The notes beneath the pieces are model-generated. The model was not told the DNA's origin. It was given only the letters and a program-made list of their open reading frames with translations, and did not search any database. The translations under genes were made by a program, and so were the position numbers. A DNA stretch of 64,000 nt from Nitrosopumilus sp. (lineage in GTDB: Archaea > Thermoproteota > Nitrososphaeria > Nitrososphaerales > Nitrosopumilaceae), in NCBI GenBank assembly GCA_965203315.1, contig OZ241857.1, positions 352,001 to 416,000 on the forward strand, written 5' to 3'. How positions within the stretch are numbered: position 1 is the stretch's first letter; the number at the start of each line of letters is the position of its first letter. This document shows, one piece after another, positions 40,797 to 51,302 of this stretch.

Positions 40797-41295
40797 TTAT
40801 CTGCGAATATGTTTAAAGTCTTTAGGCATTCGGAATTCAGAGTTGTACAAGAGTTAAAACCTCATCGGCCTGATCAAAGTCTTTGATCTTTTTATCTTCC
40901 AACATTAAGATCAATCCAATTAATCCTGTGTGTTTTATATCTCGTTTTGACGCTATCTTTCGTGCGTTTCCGTCATCCAGAATACAATACACATTATTCT
41001 TGTACCCGCCTAGTTTTTGATATGTCAAGATCACATCTATCTCACCATTTTTAAGAATTCGTACATCTCTTCGAAATTTATCGATCTCTGTTAGTGAATT
41101 GATTTCTAGTCGTTTGAGTTTACGTTCTTTGAGTAATTTTTGTACATTTATACGCGATGGTTTAGCCTCCAACTCTTTTTGAACATATTTTGGTACCACT
41201 AATTCATGTCCTAATTTTAAAATATCATCAAAGACATCTGGTCTATTGATCAGATCAAATATTCCAATCAATACAGACGCGTCTAGTATCTTCAT
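40797..41295 (-). pseudogene. PIN toxin copy 4 with frameshift near C-terminus
   Basis: ORF stops at 40837 (EVLTLVQL*); conserved tail LYNSEFRMPKDFKHIRR* continues in another frame to 40797. Confidence 0.72.
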
Positions 41296-41906
41296 AACTC
41301 TAGTTTCAACAATCCTCTATCGCACAGCTTGTCGTGCATGTCATATACTGTTTCACCTAGTAGTTCTCCTCCTCGTCCGCCACTGATCTTTTCTTTTGCA
41401 ATCATTGAAAAAATATGCTCTTCGATATCTGGTTTGAGTTTTTCATATGTTGTAGAATTTTTGGTCATATCAGGATACTCGCAGTACATAAATGATAACA
41501 TCTCTGGAATGGTCAGATCATTTATGAGATTTTTGTGATTACTAAACACCCACGTCATATCAAAGTCCCATGCATTATGAATCTCTGGGAGTTTGCTTTT
41601 CTCTTCTGCAATGACTTTGGCATACTCTACATTGCCTTTGGTTAATTGAATGGTATCGTCTTTTTCTACCAGTATGTTCATGTGTACTAGGTGCTTCAAA
41701 GTATCCTCTAGAACAGTACTGTGTGGGCCATCATCTCTTATTGTAAAATCACACCACTCTTTGATCTCTGGATAGGAATCGCCCAGCATGTACATTAACA
41801 GATGTAGTTTCTGTCTACCGTGCATAGGTTCGTCATTCACATATACAAGCAAAAGTATGTACTTTTCGAGTTCACTGATCTCTAGAGTTGCAGTGTCTAT
41901 TGCCAT
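41292..41906 (-). CDS. Antitoxin copy 4 (Panacea-like + UPF0175-like)
   Basis: 204 aa paralog; ATGA overlap with PIN gene. Confidence 0.78.
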   Translation of the reverse strand: MAIDTATLEISELEKYILLLVYVNDEPMHGRQKLHLLMYMLGDSYPEIKEWCDFTIRDDGPHSTVLEDTLKHLVHMNILVEKDDTIQLTKGNVEYAKVIAEEKSKLPEIHNAWDFDMTWVFSNHKNLINDLTIPEMLSFMYCEYPDMTKNSTTYEKLKPDIEEHIFSMIAKEKISGGRGGELLGETVYDMHDKLCDRGLLKLEL

Positions 41907-41965
41907 GCTTTTTTATCCCACTAACGACATAAAAACATTCTAGCATTGTACAGTCATGGTACCAG

Positions 41966-42084
41966 TGATTATTCGGTTTACGTGGGACAGAATTTTTTAC
42001 AGAAAAATTACTATGTGATTCTATAGTGAAAATTTAATAAAGACAGTCTTGTAAAATGTCATCCAGCATAAACCGGAGAGATCC
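41966..42084. mobile_element. MITE family B copy
   Basis: TTCGGTTTACGTGGGAC...TTACAGAAAAA...TAAACCGGAGAGATCC, colinear with 27059-27172. Confidence 0.75.
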
Positions 42085-42299
42085 AGATTAGGCACAAGAC
42101 CATCACGTCGTCTAGCAGACAACTGTCGCAAAAACCTAAACGGAACAGTCTCAAAACCATCGGATGGTATCAGTTGACTGAATCACTTTGCTTCCATGTC
42201 GGGATTACGCAACAGATCCTTGAGACAGATACCTGTGAATTGGTTTACAATCGTATGCTAGTTTAGCACTTGGAATTTACATGCAGTGTTGATAGTTTA

Positions 42300-43196
42300 C
42301 TAGTTGGGATAAACTTGTATATCTAGATCATTGTCTAGTACGCTTCTCAGATCTGCGTGTTCTCTGCCAAACTTTTTTGTTACATTAAATATCTGCGTGT
42401 CTGTAAATTTACCACCCTGGTTCATATACAAAATCACTCTGGGATACATCCAGTCTTCTAGATCATCTTCCTCTAATTTGGAATATGGGCCTCCACCTTG
42501 TACGTGTATCGCTCCTTCTGTTTGAAATTCGTACGGATAGTCCTGCACTCTATGGCATGTCTTACATATGGTCTGCATATAGGCTCCAAAATTACCTGAA
42601 CGGTCTACTCCATATGCATACCATAGTTGGTGTTCAGCTACGATTGCGCTCTCGCATCTCTTACATTCAAACACGGTCCGATCATCTTTGTCTTTTTGTT
42701 TTAATCTGACGCCTTGTCTAAGCGACTCATGCCCTCTCCATACGGTTCCGATCAATTTATCGCAATTTAGACAATGTCCTTTGTATGAAAAATCATAGTA
42801 ACCAAATACCAATCCTGGGTAAACCGTATAATTGTCTACGTGTTTCTTCAAACCTTCATCCAATTTACTCCGTAGTCTCTTCATTACGTTTAGAAAGTGA
42901 ATCTTGTATTTCATATCGTCCTCTTCTTCATCACTAGTAGAGATCGTGTTGATGATTTTATCTACAGTTCCATCAAAATCAGCATGTAACTTTTTTTGCA
43001 GTACTTTCATCTCTCTGTCTTTTTTTCTAATACTCGAAATAAATTTTTTGCTGGTTGACTCTGACTCCATTTTTTGAAGATTCCACTCGGTAAAAAAGTC
43101 GGTTCTTGTTGGATAGAGTTCTATATCGTTGTGATTCATTTTATGTTCACAATAGTTACAAATTATATCGATCTCTTGATCTATACTTTTCTTCAT
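42300..43196 (-). CDS. Hypothetical protein with four CxxC motifs
   Basis: 298 aa; CNYC, CLNC, CKRC, CKTC; TATA-like TTTATAGA upstream. Confidence 0.7.
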   Translation of the reverse strand: MKKSIDQEIDIICNYCEHKMNHNDIELYPTRTDFFTEWNLQKMESESTSKKFISSIRKKDREMKVLQKKLHADFDGTVDKIINTISTSDEEEDDMKYKIHFLNVMKRLRSKLDEGLKKHVDNYTVYPGLVFGYYDFSYKGHCLNCDKLIGTVWRGHESLRQGVRLKQKDKDDRTVFECKRCESAIVAEHQLWYAYGVDRSGNFGAYMQTICKTCHRVQDYPYEFQTEGAIHVQGGGPYSKLEEDDLEDWMYPRVILYMNQGGKFTDTQIFNVTKKFGREHADLRSVLDNDLDIQVYPN

Positions 43197-44006
43197 AATC
43201 GTACAAACTATATGATTCTATAAAACTTTTCTCATGTTCAATATATTGGGGGTTATGATGTATTGTATTGCAAGATATTGTAGAGTATTGGGTCAGGAAG
43301 AGTCACTAAAAAGTCAACTTGTAATGTTCTATCTTGCAGTCTTTGCCAACTAGAGTCATATACAAGACTCTTGTATCTCAAGAGTAAATGGTCATACTAG
43401 AAGCAGAAAAGCAACTAGTGTCCAAGCAGATAGTATGTCTAGAGAGTGCGGTAGATGAACTGTACGTATTCATGATACAATCCTAGCAGAACCGATAAAC
43501 AGTCGTGCAGAACGTACTCAAGACTTGTGATGTTTAGTAATGTGTGTCAACACGTTGCATCTGTAGTAAAGCGATCGGGATAGTATCTTTACAGGCACAG
43601 CAATGTGGCGGAATCAAGGACTCTAACTATATGAACTAAAGACTGTATGCGTATTATTAAGAGTGCCCATGCCCAATCATCAAACACGATAACAATGAAT
43701 CAATTTGCTTCTAGAAATTACAGCTGTGTTTTATTGTACCTTAAAATGTGTATATGATGTAAGAAATACGCATATAGTCTTATGCTGTTTTTGTTTAGTA
43801 TGTTATTTTACAACGCATGGATCCTAGCACGACACATGCCATCTGAAACAAAAGGATTCTCAGAGATGGGAAGAAAGTCACCAAAGTATACTTTAAGACA
43901 TTTTTACAGCTGCGTTTTCGAGAGTTAATGGCTAGTTGGCCACCGCCCACGAAATAAGTCTACGCGGCAGCACATTTGGGATGACTGTATGTGGGATGAC
44001 TGTAAA

Positions 44007-45485
44007 TCAACCCAAAGTTGGATCGACTATCTTGCCCATGAATAGTATCAGCCCAGTGTCATTATCTTGTACAAAGAATATGAATGGGTGATCGGCATAA
44101 AAGTATAGATTTGGTAGAAACTCCATGCCATCGGGTATTATTGTATCTGCTCTAGGTCTTGTATCTGTACCCATCCGATCAAATAAGAAATACACGGGGT
44201 GATACAACTTGTCTATTTGTAATTCATTTGAGTACTGGACAGTTGCATCTGTAAAGTTATTTTTCGAATCAAATACGTCTTTTACTCCCAACTGCTCAAA
44301 TATCCTACCAAGATCATGACTGTTTTTTATCTCGAATTTTGGCACTTCTGTGTACATGTATGTATGTTCTAAATTACTTTTCCATTCTTCAATCTGTTTT
44401 ACAGATATTGTCTCTTCTATCTCTTTTATGCCGACACTAACATTTGGTAGTATTATTGTTATGGATAGATGTTTTTGTTTGTATGGTATGTTTAATACTT
44501 GTACGTTATCATAATGGGCATATTTGTAACCATACCATGCAGGCTGTATCAAAACATCTACTATTACTTCTTCACTACTAGTCCACAAAGTACTTTTTTC
44601 TAAATGAGTTGGTTCAAATTGCCAATCCCAAGCTGATTTAAAATATGCATTACTTATCAACTGTGAAGACGAATTTTCAAAGTCGCTCGGCAAATATATA
44701 TTGATTATTTTTTCTCTTGTGTTTGTACTGATCCATTCGTTTATTTCATCTATGTTTTTGTTGTTAAAGAGTTCAACTGTGTTTGTTTGATCTTTGAATG
44801 TGTTTTGAGTTATATTGATGTATTTGTCTGTGAAGTTGGTATTTTTTGTAAGCCATATACTGTTGATTATATTGATATCTGTCCATTCCTCATGAACTTG
44901 GATTGTGTTAGTATGATAATTTCCATATTTGTCCTTATCGCAGCACTCTTCATAAGAGACAACTCCCATATGCTTCTTGTCGTTGTTTATAATTGACCAT
45001 AACTTTTTTAGTGATTCGTGTCTAGTTTGAGCATCTGGATTAAATCCCAATACCTTTTCTATCTGTTTTGCAGCATCGCCATCTACCCCCTCATACAGTA
45101 TAGAGAATGCCATAATCAGACTGGTTGGTGAGAAAAGGATGTTTTTGTCTTGGTATTTGGTATCGTTGTGGATGGTTTTGTAAAATTTTATGGCAAACTC
45201 GTTGTTTGCAGATACAATATCTTGTAGTTTACTGTCTGATGTATCTATCGACAGCATCTGTGTATTAGAATATGGCAACCATCCGCGTGTAATCAGTACA
45301 TCTCTGGTCTCTGGTGCAACACATGCTAACGTTCCGCTTGGTCGTTGTATATACACCATGTCTGATTTACATGCATTGTCAGCAAATACCATTCTGGGAT
45401 TTATGGGATCAGAGATATCAAGTTCATAGAATGTAGATGCCGATACAGCAAAGATAATAGATATTGTCAGTATGGTGATCTTCAC
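44007..45485 (-). CDS. Secreted serpin-family protein
   Basis: Signal peptide; ANNEFAIKFY, NILFSPTS, INEWIS.NT..KI, NAYFKSAW..QF, FYADHPFIFFV...LILFMGKIVDP. Confidence 0.92.
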   Translation of the reverse strand: MKITILTISIIFAVSASTFYELDISDPINPRMVFADNACKSDMVYIQRPSGTLACVAPETRDVLITRGWLPYSNTQMLSIDTSDSKLQDIVSANNEFAIKFYKTIHNDTKYQDKNILFSPTSLIMAFSILYEGVDGDAAKQIEKVLGFNPDAQTRHESLKKLWSIINNDKKHMGVVSYEECCDKDKYGNYHTNTIQVHEEWTDINIINSIWLTKNTNFTDKYINITQNTFKDQTNTVELFNNKNIDEINEWISTNTREKIINIYLPSDFENSSSQLISNAYFKSAWDWQFEPTHLEKSTLWTSSEEVIVDVLIQPAWYGYKYAHYDNVQVLNIPYKQKHLSITIILPNVSVGIKEIEETISVKQIEEWKSNLEHTYMYTEVPKFEIKNSHDLGRIFEQLGVKDVFDSKNNFTDATVQYSNELQIDKLYHPVYFLFDRMGTDTRPRADTIIPDGMEFLPNLYFYADHPFIFFVQDNDTGLILFMGKIVDPTLG

Positions 45486-45793
45486 TGGACATACACCGCA
45501 AATGGTTCTCTCTCAGAGTCTGTTTCGTCAGATACCTGTACCCAGAATAGATACGTTCCTATTTCAAGATTTGAACTGTGTATAGTGATGTCTGCTGTAC
45601 CGTTTCCGTTATCTATAAGCGTCAGTCCGTCTTGTGGCATGATATCATACGGACTTGTAGTATCATCGGTGGGTTCGATATCAGGTGCGACGGACGATTC
45701 AAGATCGCCTGTATTTTGAGCAAAGACTATACTAGGTACAATTACAAATAATGCAAGTACAAGAATCAACATATGGTTTTTCTTATACAACAA
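45482..45793 (-). CDS. Small secreted protein with Ig/cadherin-like fragment
   Basis: Signal peptide; LTLIDNGNGTADITI...GTY.F.V.VSD; overlaps serpin start. Confidence 0.55.
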   Translation of the reverse strand: MLYKKNHMLILVLALFVIVPSIVFAQNTGDLESSVAPDIEPTDDTTSPYDIMPQDGLTLIDNGNGTADITIHSSNLEIGTYLFWVQVSDETDSEREPFAVYVQ

Positions 45794-45968
45794 TACACAT
45801 GACTAGAACGTATTATAAAACAATTATGATCTTGGGTTTATGCAATATCTGGATAGTGTGACATTCATCTGACACATATTTGACCTCATCAATCTCTGCT
45901 ACCGATGAATGTTTCTTGCATGTCTGTTTGATGTATAAATTTTATGAAATATATAGACTCGAACAAGA

Positions 45969-46144
45969 GGTTCTATTCAATTGACGGGGTTGGCATTTTC
46001 TACACAAAATTCTCGAAAAATTTTGCAAAATACGGAAACTGCCTCACACCGGCTATCGTAAATTGCTGATGTTTTGAGTCAGATATTGTGCGTTCTTTGA
46101 GATAATGTCATAACGATCTCAACCCTCATCAATTGAACAGAACC
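45969..46144. mobile_element. MITE family D-related (IS6-like TIR)
   Basis: GGTTCTATTCAATTGACGGGGTTG...CAACCCTCATCAATTGAACAGAACC. Confidence 0.8.
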
Positions 46145-46184
46145 TCATCGAATGATTAATTAGTCCAAATTTGAGAGGGAAGAC

Positions 46185-46778
46185 ATGGGACGAAAAGAGA
46201 GACGTGAAAGAGAACAAAAGCGAGAGAGCTATGCCACAAAACATACTGCACAAAAACGAAAACAGACCATGATCGCGATCGGAGTCTTTGCGGTAATAGG
46301 CGTGATCGTATCTTTTGCAGCGATCGAGTTTACAAATATCTCTGATACGGCACTAGGCGGTCCTAGTGGGGCAGGTCCACAAGGTAGCGCACATGACCAC
46401 GCTGCCATATTGGTTAAAATATTTGGTGATACGTTTGATTTTTCGGCTCCTGCATACCAGATAAAGTCTACTTGGATTCACTTTGAAGGAAACGATGGCT
46501 CGACTATTCACAAACATGCAACAGGCGTAACGCTTGGATTCTTGTTTGACACACTGAGTCTAGGTCTAGATGATCAATGCTTTGAGTTTCAAGATGGACG
46601 AAGCTTTTGTACAAATGAAGAGAATAAACTAGTCTTTTACATAAATGATGAACAAGTACCAGACATACGGGATTATGAAGTGATGGAGAATGATCGAATA
46701 CTAGTATCGTATGGAGCCACTCCTGAAGAATTAGAGGCTCAACTAGTAGAGCTACGCAATCAAGTTCTAGTCAGATAA
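46185..46778 (+). CDS. Conserved thaumarchaeal membrane-anchored His-rich protein
   Basis: Basic N-term, TM helix, HDHA...IHFE...IHKHA..VTLG, DRILVSYG. Confidence 0.75.
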   Translation: MGRKERREREQKRESYATKHTAQKRKQTMIAIGVFAVIGVIVSFAAIEFTNISDTALGGPSGAGPQGSAHDHAAILVKIFGDTFDFSAPAYQIKSTWIHFEGNDGSTIHKHATGVTLGFLFDTLSLGLDDQCFEFQDGRSFCTNEENKLVFYINDEQVPDIRDYEVMENDRILVSYGATPEELEAQLVELRNQVLVR

Positions 46779-46997
46779 GAGTCATCTATAGCAAACATTC
46801 ACGTTTTCAGAGTTTTGATCTACTTGTTCTGGAGCATCATCGGTATGGATTTATTTTGTTCTGGATGTCTTGAGTGACATCTAGATGTTTTTCATATCGT
46901 GTGCAACACGTGATCTTTGTTCATAACATCCGATACATATCGTGAGTGTGGCTGTTTTCCTAGTATTTGACATCACATCCTCGTTTTATCTATCCTG

Positions 46998-48520
46998 GGG
47001 GTTGTCCGGTGAATATCTCGTAAAATCTATGCATTTTATGATCTCTTAAACAAAATACAACAAATTAACTCTATTTGCCGTTATTTTTCTATTAAAAGTT
47101 AAACTTTGGTGCAAAGTGTACCGTTTTGCACTTCAATAATCAAGTTTGATTAATTAAAACGCCACAAATTAATGCTCGACAAGCATGCATTTACCAAAAA
47201 ACAGTATTTGGTTACCACTCAATACCCACTTGTGCTAAAATTACTTTTGAATTATGTGCAGCAATCTTGAACTTTAACTCTTGAACCATGTTTTCCCATT
47301 TTATTGCTTTAATGTCTTCTCCAAATAGGAGTTTCATTGTTGAAAATACACCTTCAACATTTGCACGGTCTCCATATCCTAGAATTATCTTCCAATCATC
47401 TTGATTTTCTTCGCGTTCGTCTGTTGGCATGGAATTTAGATCTTTACCATCTAAAGCACCAAATTGAAACTCGGCTAATTTACTTCTGGGATCATCCCCA
47501 TGTGATACTGCATTACGTTTTATCAATATTCCGTTGATGAGATTATACATCATGCAAAACTCGTGAATCTTTTTTGTATCATAACCTTTGTCGGCGAGAA
47601 TTTTCTTTGTGATTGGTTTACCGGTACGATTACATTCATCAACTATCTCTGTTGCATCTTTTAATAGTTGCTTAAACTGTGACGAATCTGATTTCTTGTC
47701 AGTCGTAATGCTGTATGACCTTATAATCTTTGAATTCACGTCTATACAAATGTGCATTTTTACAAATCCATCTCGTTCTACTTTGTAACGGGCTTCAATC
47801 CATCGACCACCTGCATGTTGTCTAAAGCCAGAAGCATCAATAGCTAGAGTATGTGGCATTTTAGACTTTATAATTAAGAGATCGTTTAAAATATCGACTT
47901 CCTGTGCTTTTATTCTAGCGTGTAACTGAGATCTACGTGGTATCTTGAAATTAGGAAAAGATTTCTCTAACTCTTTTATGAGTCGTCTATATGAATAGTT
48001 GTTTCTAGATTTTGTAATACCTGCGTACATTATAAGAGCTTCTGAATAAAGGAATTGTCCACCACGTTTATTTTTATTCATAAGAGTTAACTCTTTTTCG
48101 AATTCTTCTTTAAATTTATCCTCGTCTTCCAATCTTAAAACAAGCATAAAAAATAAAAGTCTTAATCTTGGTTTATGTTTTAATGATTTCATAATTCTAC
48201 TTAAATTTCTTGCTTTCTCACGTTTTTCTTTACGATTCATGTCCTCATCTTTTAGAAACTTGAACCAATAAGGGAAATCACTCGCCATGACATTTCTAAA
48301 AATAGTTCCCCTTTATAGATCTTTTCATTTTGATATCTATTTTGTGTTTTAAAATTAATTGTAAACTAGAACTTGTTACTAATTCTATGCAGCAGTTGAA
48401 AAAACAACACTAGAAACGATGCAATTAGAGAAAATATTTCTCATGTGTTCAAAATCGAGCGATTTGTATCCCCGATGAGTGGATTTGCAGCTGCCCTATT
48501 CCTATTCACCGGACAACCTC
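46998..48520 (-). mobile_element. Complete IS5-family element (1523 bp)
   Basis: 18-bp TIR GGGGTTGTCCGGTGAATA / TATTCACCGGACAACCTC; 8-bp TSD CTATCCTG at 46990-46997 and 48521-48528. Confidence 0.92.
47212..48288 (-). CDS. IS5-family DDE transposase
   Basis: LAIDASGF, KMHICID, ILADKGYDT, Y..RANVEGVFSTMKLLFG. Confidence 0.92.
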   Translation of the reverse strand: MASDFPYWFKFLKDEDMNRKEKREKARNLSRIMKSLKHKPRLRLLFFMLVLRLEDEDKFKEEFEKELTLMNKNKRGGQFLYSEALIMYAGITKSRNNYSYRRLIKELEKSFPNFKIPRRSQLHARIKAQEVDILNDLLIIKSKMPHTLAIDASGFRQHAGGRWIEARYKVERDGFVKMHICIDVNSKIIRSYSITTDKKSDSSQFKQLLKDATEIVDECNRTGKPITKKILADKGYDTKKIHEFCMMYNLINGILIKRNAVSHGDDPRSKLAEFQFGALDGKDLNSMPTDEREENQDDWKIILGYGDRANVEGVFSTMKLLFGEDIKAIKWENMVQELKFKIAAHNSKVILAQVGIEW

Positions 48521-48725
48521 CTATCCTGATGTAGATAAACTAGGTTTGGTTCACACAGGTGTAAAATTGGACAAGAGAGTGATTCTACTCTTGACTGCAA
48601 CATTCAAGACATGTGCTATTACTCGACTTTTTGGAACGTTTGATGAACTGTAAAATTATTACGGAACATATTGTAGTCCATAAACACATAAAGATTCATT
48701 TTACGAGCTGTACGATGATACCGCA

Positions 48726-49685
48726 TTGTACAAAAGTCCACTGTTTGGAATCATACGGAAATACCTGCAGAATGGAACAGATGATCAGACGATTCACATA
48801 TTTGTGCCATACATAAAAACAAACGTACTAGAAAAATTGTTAAAAGATCTGAATAACAATGTGGTTGTGATAACTACATGGAAACCGCGAGATATCTTGC
48901 TTGGTTCATCAGATCTCGATCTGTATCCGTTCTGCAAAGAAAATAAAATTACATTATACATTAACAACAGACTACATCTCAAAGTGTACTCTGTTGGATT
49001 AAATGATGCAATACTTGCCACAGGTAACGTATCGAATAGAGGATTATTGAATAACGGCAATTATGAATCTGCAACACTCGTTCATTTGACTAGCTATGAT
49101 CGACTATTCTTTGAGACTATTAGACATGAATCTAGATTGGTCGATGACGAGATGTATGATCTGCTTGAGACATGGATTAAAGATAACAAGATTGAACCTA
49201 TCGATGACACTCCTATCGAAAGTATTGTGCCGATGTCTAAAAAAGATGACTTTCTTACATCTGCATTGCCAATGACTAGGAGTGTTGATGATCTCATTTA
49301 TGGATACCAAAAGATTGCGTCTGGTGAAGAACCTAGTACTGATTCTGAGACTAGAGCATGTATATTTCATGACTTGGCAAACTATCAGATCACTCAAGGA
49401 TTGAACGAACAAGAATTCAGAGATGAATTATCTGCCAAATTTTTTGCTCATCCATTTATCAAAAAGATCGATGAACTTGTTGATCCAGAAGCTTATTTTG
49501 GACAAATCAAAGAATGGATTCAAGGTAACTGTACCGATGTGCCTGTACCAAGTAGACGTGAATTGACAGGAAATGTTCAAGTGTTGTTAGAATGGTTTGT
49601 AAAACTAGGAAGATCTAGATATGTGATCGATGTGCCGGGAGTTAGATCACAACGTATTCGAAAAATCGACACTACTCATCACTGA
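48726..49685 (+). CDS. Phospholipase D-family (HKD) nuclease-like protein
   Basis: FVPYI, LHLKVY.......ATGNVSNRGL..GNYE (single HxK motif as in PLD nucleases). Confidence 0.8.
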   Translation: MYKSPLFGIIRKYLQNGTDDQTIHIFVPYIKTNVLEKLLKDLNNNVVVITTWKPRDILLGSSDLDLYPFCKENKITLYINNRLHLKVYSVGLNDAILATGNVSNRGLLNNGNYESATLVHLTSYDRLFFETIRHESRLVDDEMYDLLETWIKDNKIEPIDDTPIESIVPMSKKDDFLTSALPMTRSVDDLIYGYQKIASGEEPSTDSETRACIFHDLANYQITQGLNEQEFRDELSAKFFAHPFIKKIDELVDPEAYFGQIKEWIQGNCTDVPVPSRRELTGNVQVLLEWFVKLGRSRYVIDVPGVRSQRIRKIDTTHH

Positions 49686-49721
49686 TATCTTTTTAAACCC
49701 CAGTACAGCTCAACTGGTGAA

Positions 49722-51302
49722 TTGGATATCGAAGATCTCTTACGAAGAGCAAGCTCATCATTAGGCAAATTCTTAACAAAAGAAGCGTTAGAAGTCTTGA
49801 AAACAGATGCAGAAGCATTACGTCCAGAAAACTTGATCAGTCTTATTCTTGATTCGATCTCTCCATACAGTATGCTCAAAGATCAAGATATGCGTAACAT
49901 ACTAATAAAAGCTATGACGCAAAAAGATGCAGAAGAGTTTGCCAAGTTTATTGGGATTTCAGAATGGAATGACATTTACTATAAATTAACACATACGAAA
50001 TTTACAGATAAAACATTAAAAATTGCACTGGAATTTTTTGGTGAAAAATTTGAAGATGACATACAAATGACAAAACCTGATTTTGAGAATATCGCCCCAT
50101 CGAGGCCTCTGTTTGACTATCAAGTGAGTACAATCTACAAAATTCAAAAATTTCTATCCGTGAAACCACACAAAGTTTTACTACACATGCCTACAGGAGC
50201 TGGCAAGACGATCTCAACTATGAGAGTCATACTGAATCACCTATTAGAAAACCCACACAACCTTGTAATCTGGCTTGCTCATAACGAAGAGCTATGTGAA
50301 CAAGCATTTGTCGAATTCCAAAACTCGTGGAAATTTGGAGGAGATAGACCAATTGACACATATAGATTTTTTGGCAAAAGTCAAGTTGACCCATTGAATA
50401 TAACCGATGGGTTTATGGTAGCTGGTCTACAAAAAATGTTGGCGTCTGCAAGAAAGAATAATGAATTTCTAGCAAGAGTCTCTCAAAAAACTACTTTGGT
50501 GGTGATCGACGAAGCTCATCAAGCAATAGCTGAAAAATTCTCTATTGTCATCGAAGAATTAGCAGACAATGAAACAAAATTGTTAGGTCTCAGTGCAACA
50601 CCTGGACGTAAAACTGAAATTGAAGATGAAGAAAATAGAAAATTGGCGAGATTTTTTAATAGTCAAAAGGTAATGTTGGACACAGGCGATGAAAACCCAA
50701 TACATTATTTAACTAGAAATAACTATCTAGCAGAACCAAAATTTAATCAAATCATATATACTGGTGAAGTTTTAACCCCTCAAGATTTAAGCGACATAAA
50801 AAAACATGCAGACATTCCGTACAGAATTTTAGAAAAACTCTCAATTCAAACAAAACGTAATCTCGTCATAATGAGTGAGATCATGCGTCTTGCTAACATA
50901 CACAAAAAGATAATTGTGTTTGCGACATCTGTTAGTCATGCTCAAACAATTTCTCAGATACTAGCAGCTAAAAAATACAAAGCTCACTATCTCACATACA
51001 ATACTCCTTCCAATACAAGAAAGAAGATTTTACACAACTACAAGAACACAGATACACCGATGATCTTGTGTAATTATGGCATACTTACAACCGGTTTTGA
51101 TGCTCCTAGAACATCGGCAATCGTTATAGCGCGTCCTACTAAATCACGTGTTTTGTATGCTCAAATGGTAGGTCGAGGAATACGTGGTGAAAGAGCAGGT
51201 GGAAACAAAAGATGTGAAATCTCAACCGTTAAAGACGAGATCGATGAGTTTATTAATGTAGCAGAAATTTTTATACAATGGGAGTCTGCGTGGAATGACT
51301 GA
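49722..51302 (+). CDS. SF2 DEAH helicase (ResIII-like)
   Basis: LFDYQ, MPTGAGKT, IDEAH, GLSATPGR, LTTGFDAP, QMVGRGIR. Confidence 0.9.
   Translation: MDIEDLLRRASSSLGKFLTKEALEVLKTDAEALRPENLISLILDSISPYSMLKDQDMRNILIKAMTQKDAEEFAKFIGISEWNDIYYKLTHTKFTDKTLKIALEFFGEKFEDDIQMTKPDFENIAPSRPLFDYQVSTIYKIQKFLSVKPHKVLLHMPTGAGKTISTMRVILNHLLENPHNLVIWLAHNEELCEQAFVEFQNSWKFGGDRPIDTYRFFGKSQVDPLNITDGFMVAGLQKMLASARKNNEFLARVSQKTTLVVIDEAHQAIAEKFSIVIEELADNETKLLGLSATPGRKTEIEDEENRKLARFFNSQKVMLDTGDENPIHYLTRNNYLAEPKFNQIIYTGEVLTPQDLSDIKKHADIPYRILEKLSIQTKRNLVIMSEIMRLANIHKKIIVFATSVSHAQTISQILAAKKYKAHYLTYNTPSNTRKKILHNYKNTDTPMILCNYGILTTGFDAPRTSAIVIARPTKSRVLYAQMVGRGIRGERAGGNKRCEISTVKDEIDEFINVAEIFIQWESAWND

Noticed and set aside
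43250-43990. Long intergenic stretch with short fragments such as SDRDSIF
   Set aside because: No convincing ORF, TIR or RNA structure could be supported; probably decayed DNA
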